64,000 nucleotides of DNA from Oculina patagonica (GCF_052425735.1 NC_135761.1:11656001-11720000), one strand, 5' to 3'; shown: positions 51,261 through 63,847, counted from the stretch's first letter. Program-made: numbers and translations. The notes: generated by a model from the sequence alone, not told the origin.

Positions 51261-51868
51261 TCATCGTTTAAAAGGAGAGACAACGATTTCGAATAACTTC
51301 ACTAAACGGCGCCAGAATGGCTTCAAAATCGGCACAAGAGACAGGAAAAGACACATTTGAGGTAGGAAAACTTTATTTCAAATTAGATAGTTATTTACAC
51401 AATTTTTTTACGATCAGTTACTTTCCCATACAATTCTCTATATACACAAGCTGTCCCATACACCACGTATTTTGAGCTTGGGGAGCCTGTGATACAACTA
51501 GCTTAACGATAGCAGAAAATTATGTTGTTTCAAAATCTAGCTTTGTACCGAAAAATGTTCCGTATCATAATAATTTTACGGTGACATTTAGGAGTTTCAG
51601 AAATTAAAGTGGTTTACTTCTAAAAATCCTTCAGCCCCTAAACCAGTATAACAGTAATAATAAGGTAATAACATGCACCAATAATAAGTAAGAAGTTTAT
51701 TTATTAAGAAAGACTTCAGATCTTAGTCTAGTAATCTGTCTACACCTTCTTCCTGATTATCAATCAATCAATCTTTATTAACGTGGTCAGTGTGTTCGTT
51801 GATACTAATCTCGTATTAAACGTTCAAACGTGCTTTCAAAAGAATGAGGTGAGAATCTTTATTCTTAA

Positions 51869-52460
51869 GGACGTTTGCGTTAATTGTTTATGCGCATCCT
51901 TACTGCGCACGTAATTCATGTCGCAACGTCACGTCACGTCATGCATGAGGGCGCGCGCTGAGAAATCTTTTTTTCGAGATAATTAACCTTTTGGGATAAA
52001 TCTCTACCGATTGACAAAAATGAGAAAAATTCGAATGTTAGAAGTTTATTATTTTTTCATTTTCTCTTCCCGGGCGCAATCGAATCAGTCAATTTTTGCA
52101 GCATTTTACTGTTTTGAACGTTTGCAAATTCAATTGTTAAAGACAACGTTTACTCTAAGGGACTTTAAAAGTGAAATATATTTGTTCAATAGACCCACTC
52201 AAATATATTGGGACAAAGGAAGGTGCCCTGCATCAATTCAATTAAAATATTTTGTTGCCAGAATTCGCAGATATCATATCGAGTGACGACATCAAATTTA
52301 TCCAAATAAGCGCCATCTTTCAGATATATTACCGGTATCTCGAAAACGCATTCGGTGACCCCCATTTTTTTTTACATTTCTGACATAAGTTACTTGTAAA
52401 CTAGCAGTGGTGAAAATTTAAGAAAAATTGCAATGTTGGAAGATTTTCACGCGAACGTCC
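51869..52460. mobile_element. Kolobok-like MITE
   Basis: TTAA-GGACGTTTGCGT / ACGCGAACGTCC; the right-hand TTAA is degenerate. Confidence 0.6.
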
Positions 52461-52871
52461 TTTCGGTAAGCGACAAGTCTTCTTTGTTTCAGCGTGTGAT
52501 CATTAACGGGAGTTCATTCTCATAAACGAACATCTCTTACGATGGCTACGACTGCACTTCATATAACAGATGTTTACGCTTACGTATGACACATTGTATT
52601 TTTAACGTGTCAGAAAAGTCAAAGGTTTGGCTAAAATAATAAAGTGTCGTAAATGAAATTTTCCCCAGTTGTTAAATTCTTTTAAATTCGTTATTACCTT
52701 TTTGGCCAAATAAAATGTCACTAAAACTACTTTTTCTTTCAATGTTTGTGTTTTAGATTTAAATTGCCACAGACCGGGCACACAATTACTCAATTCAGCA
52801 TAGTAACGATGATAAATGTTAGAAATGCATATGCTCAGTTCGCCATAACTTAATACAAATCACGTTGCTAT

Positions 52872-55539
52872 TTAAGCTTTGCCATAACATTTCAGTTTTC
52901 CCAGTATGTGGTAACCTTGCTGGGCGCTACTATTCCATGTATCTCCAAACCTCAGCTGTTTAACTGGAAGATGTGTCTTGTCAGTGAGGAGACCGCTGTC
53001 TTCACGCCATACATAGTCATTTGCATCACAGTTACAACCATAACTGGGGTCTGCACATGAGTTGGTCATCCCGCATGCGCACTTACCACTGCCAGGTGAT
53101 GCACCGCCCCAGTACGTCATCTTACTTGAATCACGTGACACCCACCAGCCATATCCCCCGTACCTGAACATCACTGAACCAACACACTCATATTTGATAA
53201 ACTGTTCACAGTGTGAGGAGACCCTGGTGAGGCTCGCAAGCTGAGACAGACTCGCTCCTGTGTAATGAATGTCACGTGAGTAACTACCAGCACCGCTATA
53301 CCCATTTACGTGCGTTCTGCTTTCACTGTCGTGACTAATCACTGTCACGCCAACTCCATTCTTGTCACTCATGTCACAGTTAACTGTAAATGGTGCCAGG
53401 CCTTCCGCGCCATCTGGATCAATGACGTAATTTCCGCTTACACTGCTGACGTATTTTCTGATCACAGAACAGGAAGTCGCAATAACTGGAGAATTGATTT
53501 TGACTTTAGCTTTTATTGTTGTCAGAGCATTAGTCGCTCTACAGGTGTAAGATTCTTCGTGTGATTTCTTGATGTTTTTAATAACCAGTGTTCCATTTAG
53601 TAGAAAGCTGGATTCTACAGGAAGTGAAGACTTGCCATCCTTTGTCCAAGTGATTGCAGTTCTCAGGTCACTCTCGGCCACACACGGCAGATGAACACTT
53701 GAACCAATCACAGGAGTCACCTCTTGAGGAGGACGGACTTTGAACCGCAAACGAGAAAATATTATGAGTTGAACAGTGTCTGTTGCTAATCCCAAAATAT
53801 TTTCTGCTCTACAAATGTATGTTCCAGCGTCTTTTCTTGTTACACTGTAGATTGTCAGGGTTCCATTCATCACTTCAGTTCTGTCTTCAGGCAAACTACC
53901 AACTGACTTGGCCCACGTGATACTGGGAAGCGGCTGACCTGTAGCAGTGCAGGCGATGGTGACGTTTTGTTTCTCTTCAGCCATCAATCGATTGGATGAC
54001 AATGAAAGTTGAGGAGGAACTGTCGAGAAATAGAGAACAAGATCATTTGGCCAAGCGCACTATTATGTTTATTTTCCTTTTTATTCTCCTTGTTACCTTA
54101 CTTTATCAGGTGTGCTCCGACTTATGCTTTGCCCTTTAGATCAAGAGACTTCACAGTTTTTAATGTTGATCGAAATTCTTCTTAGCCTTCTTAAATTCCT
54201 TTATCGCTACAACTATAGAAACATACTAAATTGACGACTGTATCAAGAGATTTATCTTTCGAAAGGACCTGTTTGACAGGATCAACTTCTACACTTTAAA
54301 CCGCAAAATACACAAAATAAGCTACTTACACTGAACAGTTAGTCTCGCCGAGGCATTTACTTTTCCCAATAAATTTTCAGCTCTGCAGCTGTAAACGCCG
54401 TTGTCTCCAGGTCTAACGTCCTTCACAATCAGAGCGCCACTGGACTCTACCACGTGACGACCCACAGGAAGCGACGAATTAAACTTAGACCACGTGACTT
54501 TTGGACTTGGATTACCATCTACTGTACATTTCAAGATGGCTGTCTGACTTTCATTAACTGTCATTTCAACAGGGCGCTGCAGCAGAGATGGAGCCGAGAT
54601 GGACTGGCCCGGTTCACCTTTGAAGCCTTTCATACCCGGCGGGCCTCTAGGTCCCACGGGACCAGGATCTCCTGGCGTTCCAATATCCCCTTTTATGCCC
54701 ATCGGTCCTGGAGCTCCTATTGGTCCATGTTTACCAGGAGGTCCGCTTGATCCGGGTCTCCCAGGGGGACCTGGTTTCCCTCGGGTTCCCGGTCGTCCCC
54801 GTCGTCCCGTGTTACCTTTTGGTCCTGTGCGGCAGAGCGTGTGATCTTTAGCACAGACTTGGTTTTGCAGCAGACCAAGTTCTTGTTTGATCATTACTTG
54901 TACTTCAGAGGCTGTTAGCGTTGATTTCTGTTGGGAATCATCGGGCAAAGAACGTTCTTGTCTTGAGATGGTCTTTTCTTCTCCTGAAAAATTAGATTAA
55001 AAAATCGTAAACTGTCTAAACTGTGAATCCTGATTGTTTGACATTCGATGGTTACGAGTAAATGAGATTTCCGTTCCCATTAGATCAGGTTTCACCAACA
55101 TACCGTCACCATCGTTATTTCGTTTTTTTATTCGTATACAGAAAAATTGTAGAGAAATGGCATGTAATCTTGGGTGAAGTGTAGACGACTCGCATCACAA
55201 TAATTGGCAATAATTATCGAAGAAATTATGCTTAAATATAGTTATACTGTCTACTGTACTAAAATGGCGAAACTTACCTTTGGAGGCTTGCCAATAGCGG
55301 CCTGTAGCCATAACTTGCCATCTGCCGTAATTTTGTTGTACTTTTCGAAGGATTTCTGTCTCCATCTTATCACAGAATGTTACTGAGTGTGATATCAGTC
55401 GATGATGTTCTTGTATTCTGAGTTCCACGTGAATTAGCTCGATACAACACACAACAGACAACAGCAAGCCTGACGCGGAACACAAGCTGTTCAGTGTTTG
55501 TCTTGTGTTCGTCTGCTTCTCTTCTTTATCTTGTTTCAT
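52872..55539 (-). CDS. Array copy C7: intact type II TM collagen-3xIg-Caspr-type fibrinogen-like protein (~687 aa)
   Basis: Exons 55278-55539, 54330-54983 and 52872-54019; phase-1 GT-AG introns; 2064 nt in frame. RQER site; Ala-to-Glu change in the TM (CCIELIH). Confidence 0.85.
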
Positions 55540-56745
55540 CGTAGCAGCTCCTACCACAAATTTGTGATATCAAATGAAGTACGTTGAGGACGTTTTTTTC
55601 CTTTTTGAGCTGCTTACAGATCAGTTCACTGTGGGTTTAATCGGTGCAAAGAAGATAGAAAGCTGTTGTGTCCGAGTTTCACCGACGAAAGTGTAACATG
55701 AATCTTGTGTGTACTGATATGAAGTAAGTTGTCTGAGCTTGTAATGGAGATTCAGTTTCACAGGAAGTATAATTAAAGTAGCCTCTAATTGACATGGCCC
55801 ACATGGGTCAAACGTATTCTAATACTAAGTTAGTTATTTAAACGTCTGCACAGCACTGCTGTGATAGAACCCCTTACCTGGCAAGGCGAGTTTGAATTGT
55901 TGACCTGAACTTCTTCAGACGTAATGGTTCTAATTAAGCGAAGTGTCTGAGTGACGTCACGACTCAGAAAAGACCCAGACAAACAAACCGAAGTGGCGGA
56001 CAATTTTTCTAAAACACTTTCTAAAGCAGCCGGTATTCCTAAAACACTTTTATAAAACGAAAATTTCGCCTAGATTCCTTCTTTTTCTCTCAGAACACGC
56101 TGATGTTTTTTGAGCCGTTGTGGCGGTTATATTCATTTGCATACTATTTTTAGACCTCGCACGCTTCGCGATGAAATAAACCATTGGCATTCTTTTGCTT
56201 TCTTGCACAGATGGGGGTGGGATGGGAGGATGATGGACGACTATTATACCTATGTTACGTGGTACTCCTTATGGCGATACTCGTCACAAATGGGTCAGAG
56301 TCTAGATTTCAGTGATGTAATAATTTTGTAGTGACGTTTAGGAGCATCAGAAATTAAAGCGGTTCACTACCTGTAAACGCCTTCAGCCACTAAAGTTTGA
56401 TATCCTTTTTAAGTCGTGAATGCAATGAACGACTTATTGCGGTTTGCTGGGTGGTGTAAAACTCCCTTGGACAGTTCGAAAGCGCCATAATGATTGTGAA
56501 AGTGGCTTTTTTTTTATTCGGAATCCTCATATTTAACTAAATCCTAACAATTCATCACCGTAACTCATATATCCTTCTAAACAATAGTATTGTAATCGTA
56601 AAAAGCTACCTGGAGAACTTGACAAATCCTCCGTGCCGTTTCGGTACGCTCTCGTTCTTACTTCGTGCTTCGGAAAGTCTTACTTACATTACTTACACAG
56701 ATAGTAGCATTATGGTTACCTTGGTAACCACAATCACGTTGCTTT

Positions 56746-59339
56746 TTATGCTGTGCCATAGCATTTTAGTTTTCCCAGTGTGTGGTAACCTTGCTGACCG
56801 GCATAACCAGATGCATCCCCAAACCTCAGCTGTTTAACTGGAAGATGTGTCTTGTCAGTAAGGAGACCGCTGTCTTCGCGCCATACATTGTCATTCTTAT
56901 CACAGTTGCAACCATACCTGGAGTCTGTACATGAGTTGGTCATCCCGCATGCGCACTTACCACTGCCAGGTGTTGCTCCGCCCCAGTACGTCATCTTACT
57001 AGAATCACGTGACACCCACCATGCTTTCGCTCCATTGAATATTCTTGAACCATGACACTCATACTTGATAAACTGTTCACAGTGTGAGGAGACTCTGGTG
57101 AGCCTTGCAAGCTGAGATAGACTCGCTCCTGTGTAATGAATGTCACGAGAGTAACTACCAGCACCGCTATACCCATCCACGTGCGTTCTGCTTTCACTGT
57201 CGTGACTAATCACTGTCACGCCAACTCCACTCTTGTCACTCATGTCACAATAAACTGTAAATGGTGCCAGGCCTCCCGCGCCATCTGGATCAATGACGTA
57301 ATTTCCGCTTACACCGCTAACGTATTTTCTTATCACGGTACAGGAAGTCATAATAACTGGAGTATTGATTTTGACTTTAGCTTCTATTGACACCAGAGGA
57401 TTAGTCGCTCTACAGGTGTAAGATCCTTCGTGTGATTTCTTGATGTTCTGAATAAACAGTGTTCCATTCAGTAGAACATTGGACTCTACAGGAAGTGAAG
57501 ACTTGCCATCCTTTGACCAAGCGATTGTAGGTTTCAGGTCACTCTCGGCCACACACGGCAGATGAACACTTGAACCAATCACAGGAGTCACTTCTTGAGG
57601 AGGACGGACTTTGAACCCTAAGCGAGAGAATATCATGACCAGAGCAGTGTCTGTTGCTACTCCAAGAGTATTCTCTGCCTTACAGATATATATTCCACCG
57701 TCCTTTCTTGTCACACTGTAGATTGTCAGGGTTCCATTCATCACTTCAGTTCTGTCTTCAGGCAAACTACCGACTGACTTAGTCCACGTGACACTAGGAC
57801 GCGGCTGACCAGTAGCAATGCAGGCGATGGTGACGTTTTGTTTCTCTTCAGCCATCAATCGATTTTTGAATGAAAGTTGAGGAGGAACTGTCGAAAAATA
57901 AAGAAATTGTGATGATTTGCCCAAACACTCTTTTGTTACATTTGATTTTCTCCGCTGATGTGCATAATTCCGACTTTAAATGTTATCGATGAGACTTAGA
58001 CAATTAGAACCCAGGACTAAACATATTTTTTGTGTTGATCGAAGTTCTTCTGAAATTTCTTTTTTGGTAATATTGTCATATCATATTTCTCAACAACTAT
58101 CATTTTTCTTTCGAAAGGGACTGTTTTATTAAAGCATACAACCTACCCCTAAACCGTTAAATACATAAATTCAGCTACCGTACTTACAATGAACAGTTAA
58201 TTTCGCCGAGGCATTCACTCGTCCCAACAAATTTTCAGCTTTGCAGCTGTAAATTCCGTCATCTCCAGGTCTAACGTCCTTCACAGTCAGAGCGCCACTG
58301 GACTCTACCACGTGACGACCCACAGGAAGTGATGAATTCATCTTAGACCACGTGACTTTTGGACTTGGATTACCATCCGCTGTACATTTCAAGATGGCTG
58401 TCTGACTTTCATTGACTGTCATTCCAACAGGACGCTGCAGCAGAGATGGAGCCGAGATGGTCTGGCCCGGTTCACCTTTGTCGCATTTCAAACCCGGCGG
58501 ACCTCTAGGTCCCACGGGACCGGGATCCCCTGGCACTCCAACATCCCCTTTCATTCCCATTGGCCCTTGAGCTCCTATTGGTCCATGTTTACCAGGAGGT
58601 CCGCTTGACCCGGGTTTCCCTGGGGTACCTGGTCTCCCTCGGGTTACCGGTCTTCCTCGTCGTCCCGCGTTACCTTTTGGTCCTGTACGACAGAGCGTGT
58701 GATCTTTAGCACAGACTTGGTTTTGCAGCAGACCAAGTTCTTGTTTGATCAGTATTTGTACTTCAGAGGCTGTTAGGGTTGATTTTTGTTCTGAATCTTC
58801 AGGTGAAGAGCGCTTTTGTCTTGAATTTTTTTCTTCTCCACCTGAAAAATTAGAGCCAATTATTCAAAATCGTAAACCATGAACCATTCTTTGACAATTA
58901 ACGGTTGCTATGATGCAATAATACAACCTGGATTCAGCAACACAGCTTCAGCCCCCTTATTTCGCATTCATTTGTTTCGGGGATACTAAAGATAAATAGC
59001 AGGCACCCTGAGTAAAGACGACGAGCAAAACGCACAACATTTTGCAATGATTACAGAAGAACGTAAACAATGCTCACCTTTGGTCCCTTTCCAATGGCGG
59101 CCTGTAGCTATAACTTGCCATCTGCCGTAATGTTGTTGTACTTTTTGAAGGATTGCTGTCTCCATCTTATCACAGAATGTTACTGAGTGTGATATCAGTC
59201 GATGATGTTCTTGTATTCTGAGTTCCACGTGAATTAGCGCGATACAACACACAACAGACAACAGCAAGCCTGACGCGGAACACAAGCTGTTCAGTGTTTG
59301 TCTTCTGTTCGTCTGCTTCTCTTCTTTATCTTGTTTCAT
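56746..59339 (-). CDS. Array copy C8: intact type II TM collagen-3xIg-Caspr-type fibrinogen-like protein (~685 aa)
   Basis: Exons 59078-59339, 58188-58841 and 56746-57887; 2058 nt in frame; RQKR site; one Gly-to-Cys change in the collagen. Confidence 0.85.
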
Positions 59340-60691
59340 CGTTACAGCTCCTACCACAAACTTGTGATATCAAACACACTGATGCTAAAGACGTTTTCTT
59401 TCCACTTTTAGCTGCTTACAGATCAGTTCACTGTGGGTTTAATCGGTGTAAAGATGATAGAAAGCTGTTGTGTCCGAGTTTCACGGATGAAAGTGTAACA
59501 CGAATCCTGTGTTTACTGATATGAAGTAAAAATAACTTTACTTGTCTGAGCTTGTAATGGAGATTCAGTATCACAGGAAGTTTTAATTATGGTATCATCT
59601 TTGATACTGACAGAGGTCAAACGTATTTTGGCTAGAATTGAAGTATTATTTTTAAACGTGTGCACAGCATGCTGCAAAAGATCCCATGGCAAGGCGAGTT
59701 TAAATTGTTGACCTTGAGTTGTTTAGACGTAATGGTTCTAATTAATTTCCCAAAATCATCTGTGAGGAAAATTAGTAAGCGATGATATAAACCATTAACC
59801 ATCGGCATTCTTTTACTTTCTTGCAGAGATGGGGGAGGGGTGGGTAATGATGCATGACTATTATACCTATGTCACGTGGTACACCTTATGTTGATACGCG
59901 TCACAAAAGGATCAAAGGAACAATTTGGTTTTCCCTTGTATGCACGTCTTGTTCAGCGTGATGCAGCTGAGTCACGATCTCAGTCGGATGTAATAATTTT
60001 ACGGTGACATTTAGGAGCATCAGAATTAACAATTGGTTCACTGCTAAACTGCCTTCCTTTTCTCTACACTAGTAACAGTAAGAATACGGTAAAAAAATTC
60101 AGTAACATGCATGCAACAATAATAAGGAGATAGTTTATTAAAAGAGGAAAACAGCAATTACAATGAATGTGTTCTGATCTACTCTCCCTTTAATAAGGCT
60201 CTCAGTATTTTGAAGTTAAACGAATTACATGTATCTGACGTATTTTTGTGTCATATTACACTCAACAACGGAGCACCGCCGAAACAAACCATGGCAGTTT
60301 TGCGCATATCTCGGTGAATTTGTAAACCAAGATCTTAGTCTAATACGCCGCCCACACTTCCTAGCTTGAACCTGCTCGTTTTGACTTCTTTAATTCACTA
60401 GAAAAACCCTAAAGAAAATAACAGTTTCTAGCTTTCTACCAAGTTCGTTAGCGGAGCTATCAAATATCTTTTACTGTGAAGATCTAGTCTTTGGGACAAC
60501 ATGCATAGAAATAAAAACCTTTTGGTAACTAGCTCAAAGCTTGGCCGGATTTCATATGAACAATTAATCAGGATCGATCAGATGCCATAATCAGGTATAG
60601 GGAACCTCAACTGTTAAGCTCGCATCCGGTTGTTAATGTTGTAAAGGTCGTTTTTATAGTGGTCATGCACTTAACTTCGAGAAAGCTAGCT

Positions 60692-61101
60692 TAAGATAAG
60701 ATAAGATAAGAAACTTTATTTAAGTGTCAAAGCCTTATAGCCTGGAAAATAAAACCATACTAATTAGGGGACACTGCTAAAAACTAAAAGCTACACTAAT
60801 ACTAAATATAAATACAATAAAAATATATATAAGTCATATAAAAAATGTTATTATAATCTATGGTGTAAAAAATGTTAAAATCTTATAATAATGTTTTGAC
60901 TTGAGAGGCACTAAGTGCAGCATAGGATGCATCCCTTACAGCCGCTGTCCATTAAGGGAGTTATATCTTTTTTGCGAATACGGTTTGTGAAAGCCTGCAG
61001 AGTCTTGGCTGATCTGTCAGCCGTAGAAAGTTTTCCCCATAGTTTGGGTCCTACATAACGCAAAGAGTGCTTTCCATAAGTAACAGTGTTGTATCTAGGA
61101 G
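60692..61101 (-). mobile_element. 3' fragment of a CR1/L2-group LINE (duplicate of 29778-30187)
   Basis: Same sequence as the copy at 29778. Confidence 0.7.
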
Positions 61102-61146
61102 TACAGGCATTGACACTAAAACAGAGGAAACAAACGTTTTAAATGA

Positions 61147-61346
61147 ACATAACATAGTTAAAAAATCCCAACTGGCAGGAGGCAGACCAGTTAGCTATAT
61201 ACTAAGCGTGACCAAGAATTTGAACTATGGACGGCCGAAAATAAATCCAGTTAGTGGTCGCTAGTAGCAGGCAGTGTGGAGGGATTAAACCCGGGAGCTT
61301 CGGATTACAACACCTGCGGCCACGTTGCCGGCCACGTTGCCTCCTC
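61147..61346 (-). mobile_element. tRNA-derived SINE (duplicate of 30233-30432)
   Basis: Same sequence as the copy at 30233. Confidence 0.7.
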
Positions 61347-61817
61347 AAACGCTCTTACGCACCTTGTTTCATGTCTGTGGCTATGTATCGACTATGTAGA
61401 TAACGCGTCTTTTTAACGACATGAAAAGCACCAAACTAGACGCTAATTTGCCATGATGATTACATGTAGTTATTACTTCATATAACAGATTCTTACGCTA
61501 CTGTATGACACATTCTTTGTACTTTTTAACGTGTCAAAAAGTTAGTTATTCAGTGTTACGAATTTTATAAACTAGATGCTATAATTGGGACTGAGTATAA
61601 CTCTATGAAAAAATATAGTGTCGTAAGTAAATAATTGTTTAATTCTTTTTAATTCGATAAAAATTTTAACCTGAAACATCACTAAAGCTTTTTTTTTATA
61701 TTTTCAATTTCCGTTTTTTTCGATATCTGTTGCTACTTAACTAAAGCATATTGACTATCATCATTATTTCAAGTGGGCTTGCAATAAATTGAGACAACAA
61801 CAAATTAACATTTTCTT

Positions 61818-63847
61818 TTACGCTGTACCATAGCATTTTAGTTTTCCGAGTGAGTGGTAACCTTGGTTCCAACTGCCTATATCTCCGAACCTCAGCTGTT
61901 TAACTGGCAGATGTGTCTTGTCAGTGAGGAGACCGCTGTCTTCACGCCATACTCCGTCTTGCTTATCACAGTTACAACCATAATTGGAGTCTGCACATGA
62001 GTTGGTCATCCCGCATGCGCACTTACCACTGCCAAGTGATGCTCCGCCCCAGTACGTCATCTTACTGGAATCACGTGACACCCACCAGGCATATACCCCG
62101 TACCCCAACATAACAGAACCATAACACTCATACTTGATAAACTGTTCACAGTGTGAGGAGACCCTGGTGAGGCTTGCAAGCTGGGACAGACTCGCTCCTG
62201 TATACTGAATGTCACGCGAGTAACAGCCTCGAGAGTGACATCCATCCACCAATGTTCTGCTTTCACTGTCGTGACTTATCACTGTCACACCGACTCCATT
62301 CTTGTCATTCATGTCACAGTAAACTGTAAATGGTGCCAGGCCTCCCGCGTCATCTGGATCAATGACGTAATTTCCGCTTACACTGCTGACATATTTTCTG
62401 ATCACAGAACAACTGGAAGGCGCAGTAACAGGAGAATTGATGTTTGCTCTGGCTTCTATTGTTGTCAGAGCATTGGTCGCTCTACAAGTGTAAAATCCTT
62501 CATGCGATTTCTTTATCTTCTCAAAAACCAGTGTTCCATTCAGTAGAACATTGGATTCTACAGGAAGTGAAGACTTTCCATCCTTGGTCCAAGTAATTGT
62601 AGTTCTCAGGTCACTCTCGGCCACACACGGTAGAGAAACACTTGAACCAAACATAGCGGGAGAGACCTCTTGAGGAGGACGGACTTTGAACCGCAGAGGA
62701 GAGAATATCACTACTTGAGCAGTGTTTGTTGCTGATCCCAGAATATTCTCTGCCTTACAGATGTATATTCCAGCGTCCTTTTTTGTCACACTGTAGATTG
62801 TCAGGGTTCCATTCATCACTTTAGTTCTGTATTCAGGCAAACTCCCAACTGACTTGGACCACGTGACACTAGGACGCGGCTGACCAGTAGCAGTGCAGGC
62901 GATGGTGACGTTTTGCTTTTCTTCAGCCATCAATCGATTGAATGATAGTAAAAGATGAGGAGAAACTATCGAGAAATAGAGAAATTATGATGATTTTGCC
63001 AAACACACTTTTGTTACATTTTATTTTCACTGCTGTTGTAGCCTTTCTTGAAAAGGTGTATAACAACTTGAAATATTATGTTGATGGGACTTAGTCAGTT
63101 AGAACACAGGTCAGTGTTGATCCCTGTGGTAAGATTGTCATATCGTAATCATATTTCCCAATAACTATGACAATATCACATTCTGCTACTTACATTGAAC
63201 AGTTAATTTCGCCGAAGCATTTATTTCTCCCAGCAAATTTTCAGCTCTGCAGCTGTAAACTCCTTCGTCTCCAGGTCTAACTTCCTTAACAATCACAGCG
63301 CCACTGGATTCTACCACGTGACGACCAACAGGGAGCGATGAATTCAGCTTAGACCAAGTGACTTTTGGACGTGGATTACCATCCGCTATACATTTCAAGA
63401 TGGCTGTCTGACTTTCATTGACCGTCATTTCAACAGGTCGCTGCAGCAGAGATGGAGCCGAGATGGACTGGCCCGGTTCACCTTTGACGCCTTTCATACC
63501 CGGCGGGCCTCTAGGTCCCACGGGACCGGTGTCTCCCATCATTCCAATATCCCCCTTTATGCCCATCGGTCCTTGTCCTCCTATTGGTCCATGTTTACCA
63601 GGAGGTCCGCTTGATCTGGGTTTCCCTTGGGGACCTGGTTTCCCTCGGGTTTCCGGTTTTCCTGGCCGTCCCGTGTTATCTTTTGGTCCTGTTCGGCAGA
63701 GCGTGTGATCTTTAGCACAGACTTGGTTTTGCAGCAGACCGAGTTCTTGTTTGATCACTACTTGTACTTCATATGCTGTTAGGGTTGATTTTTGTTGTGA
63801 ATCATCGGGCAAAGAACGTTCTTGTCTTGAGATGATCTCTTCTTCTC
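61818..63847 (-). CDS. Array copy C9, exons 2-3 (exon 1 beyond the window)
   Basis: Exon 2 63194-63847 and exon 3 61818-62965 are both open; RQER site; three Gly substitutions in the collagen. Confidence 0.8.

Larger units (their letters stand above)
58694..61860 (+). repeat. Recent segmental duplicate of ~27780-30950
   Basis: Identical ORF-track peptides (28072/58986, 28380/59294, 30153/61067) at a constant offset of 30914. Confidence 0.95.

Noticed and set aside
3400-62933. ORF-track starts and ends such as MKIICSK, MGKSSQF, MSSNRL, MVGAVT and the TVQCK* stop
   Set aside because: Most starts are TTG/GTG or lie in introns. TVQCK* reads into the GTAAGT donor. The real structure is spliced and starts at MKQD.
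4841-63708. Recurrent plus-strand ORFs antisense to collagen, Ig and head exons (for example 4841-5230, 31508-31798, 43090-43392, 63418-63708)
   Set aside because: They are shadows of the minus-strand coding exons. They recur only because the exons are duplicated, and their starts and stops vary between copies.
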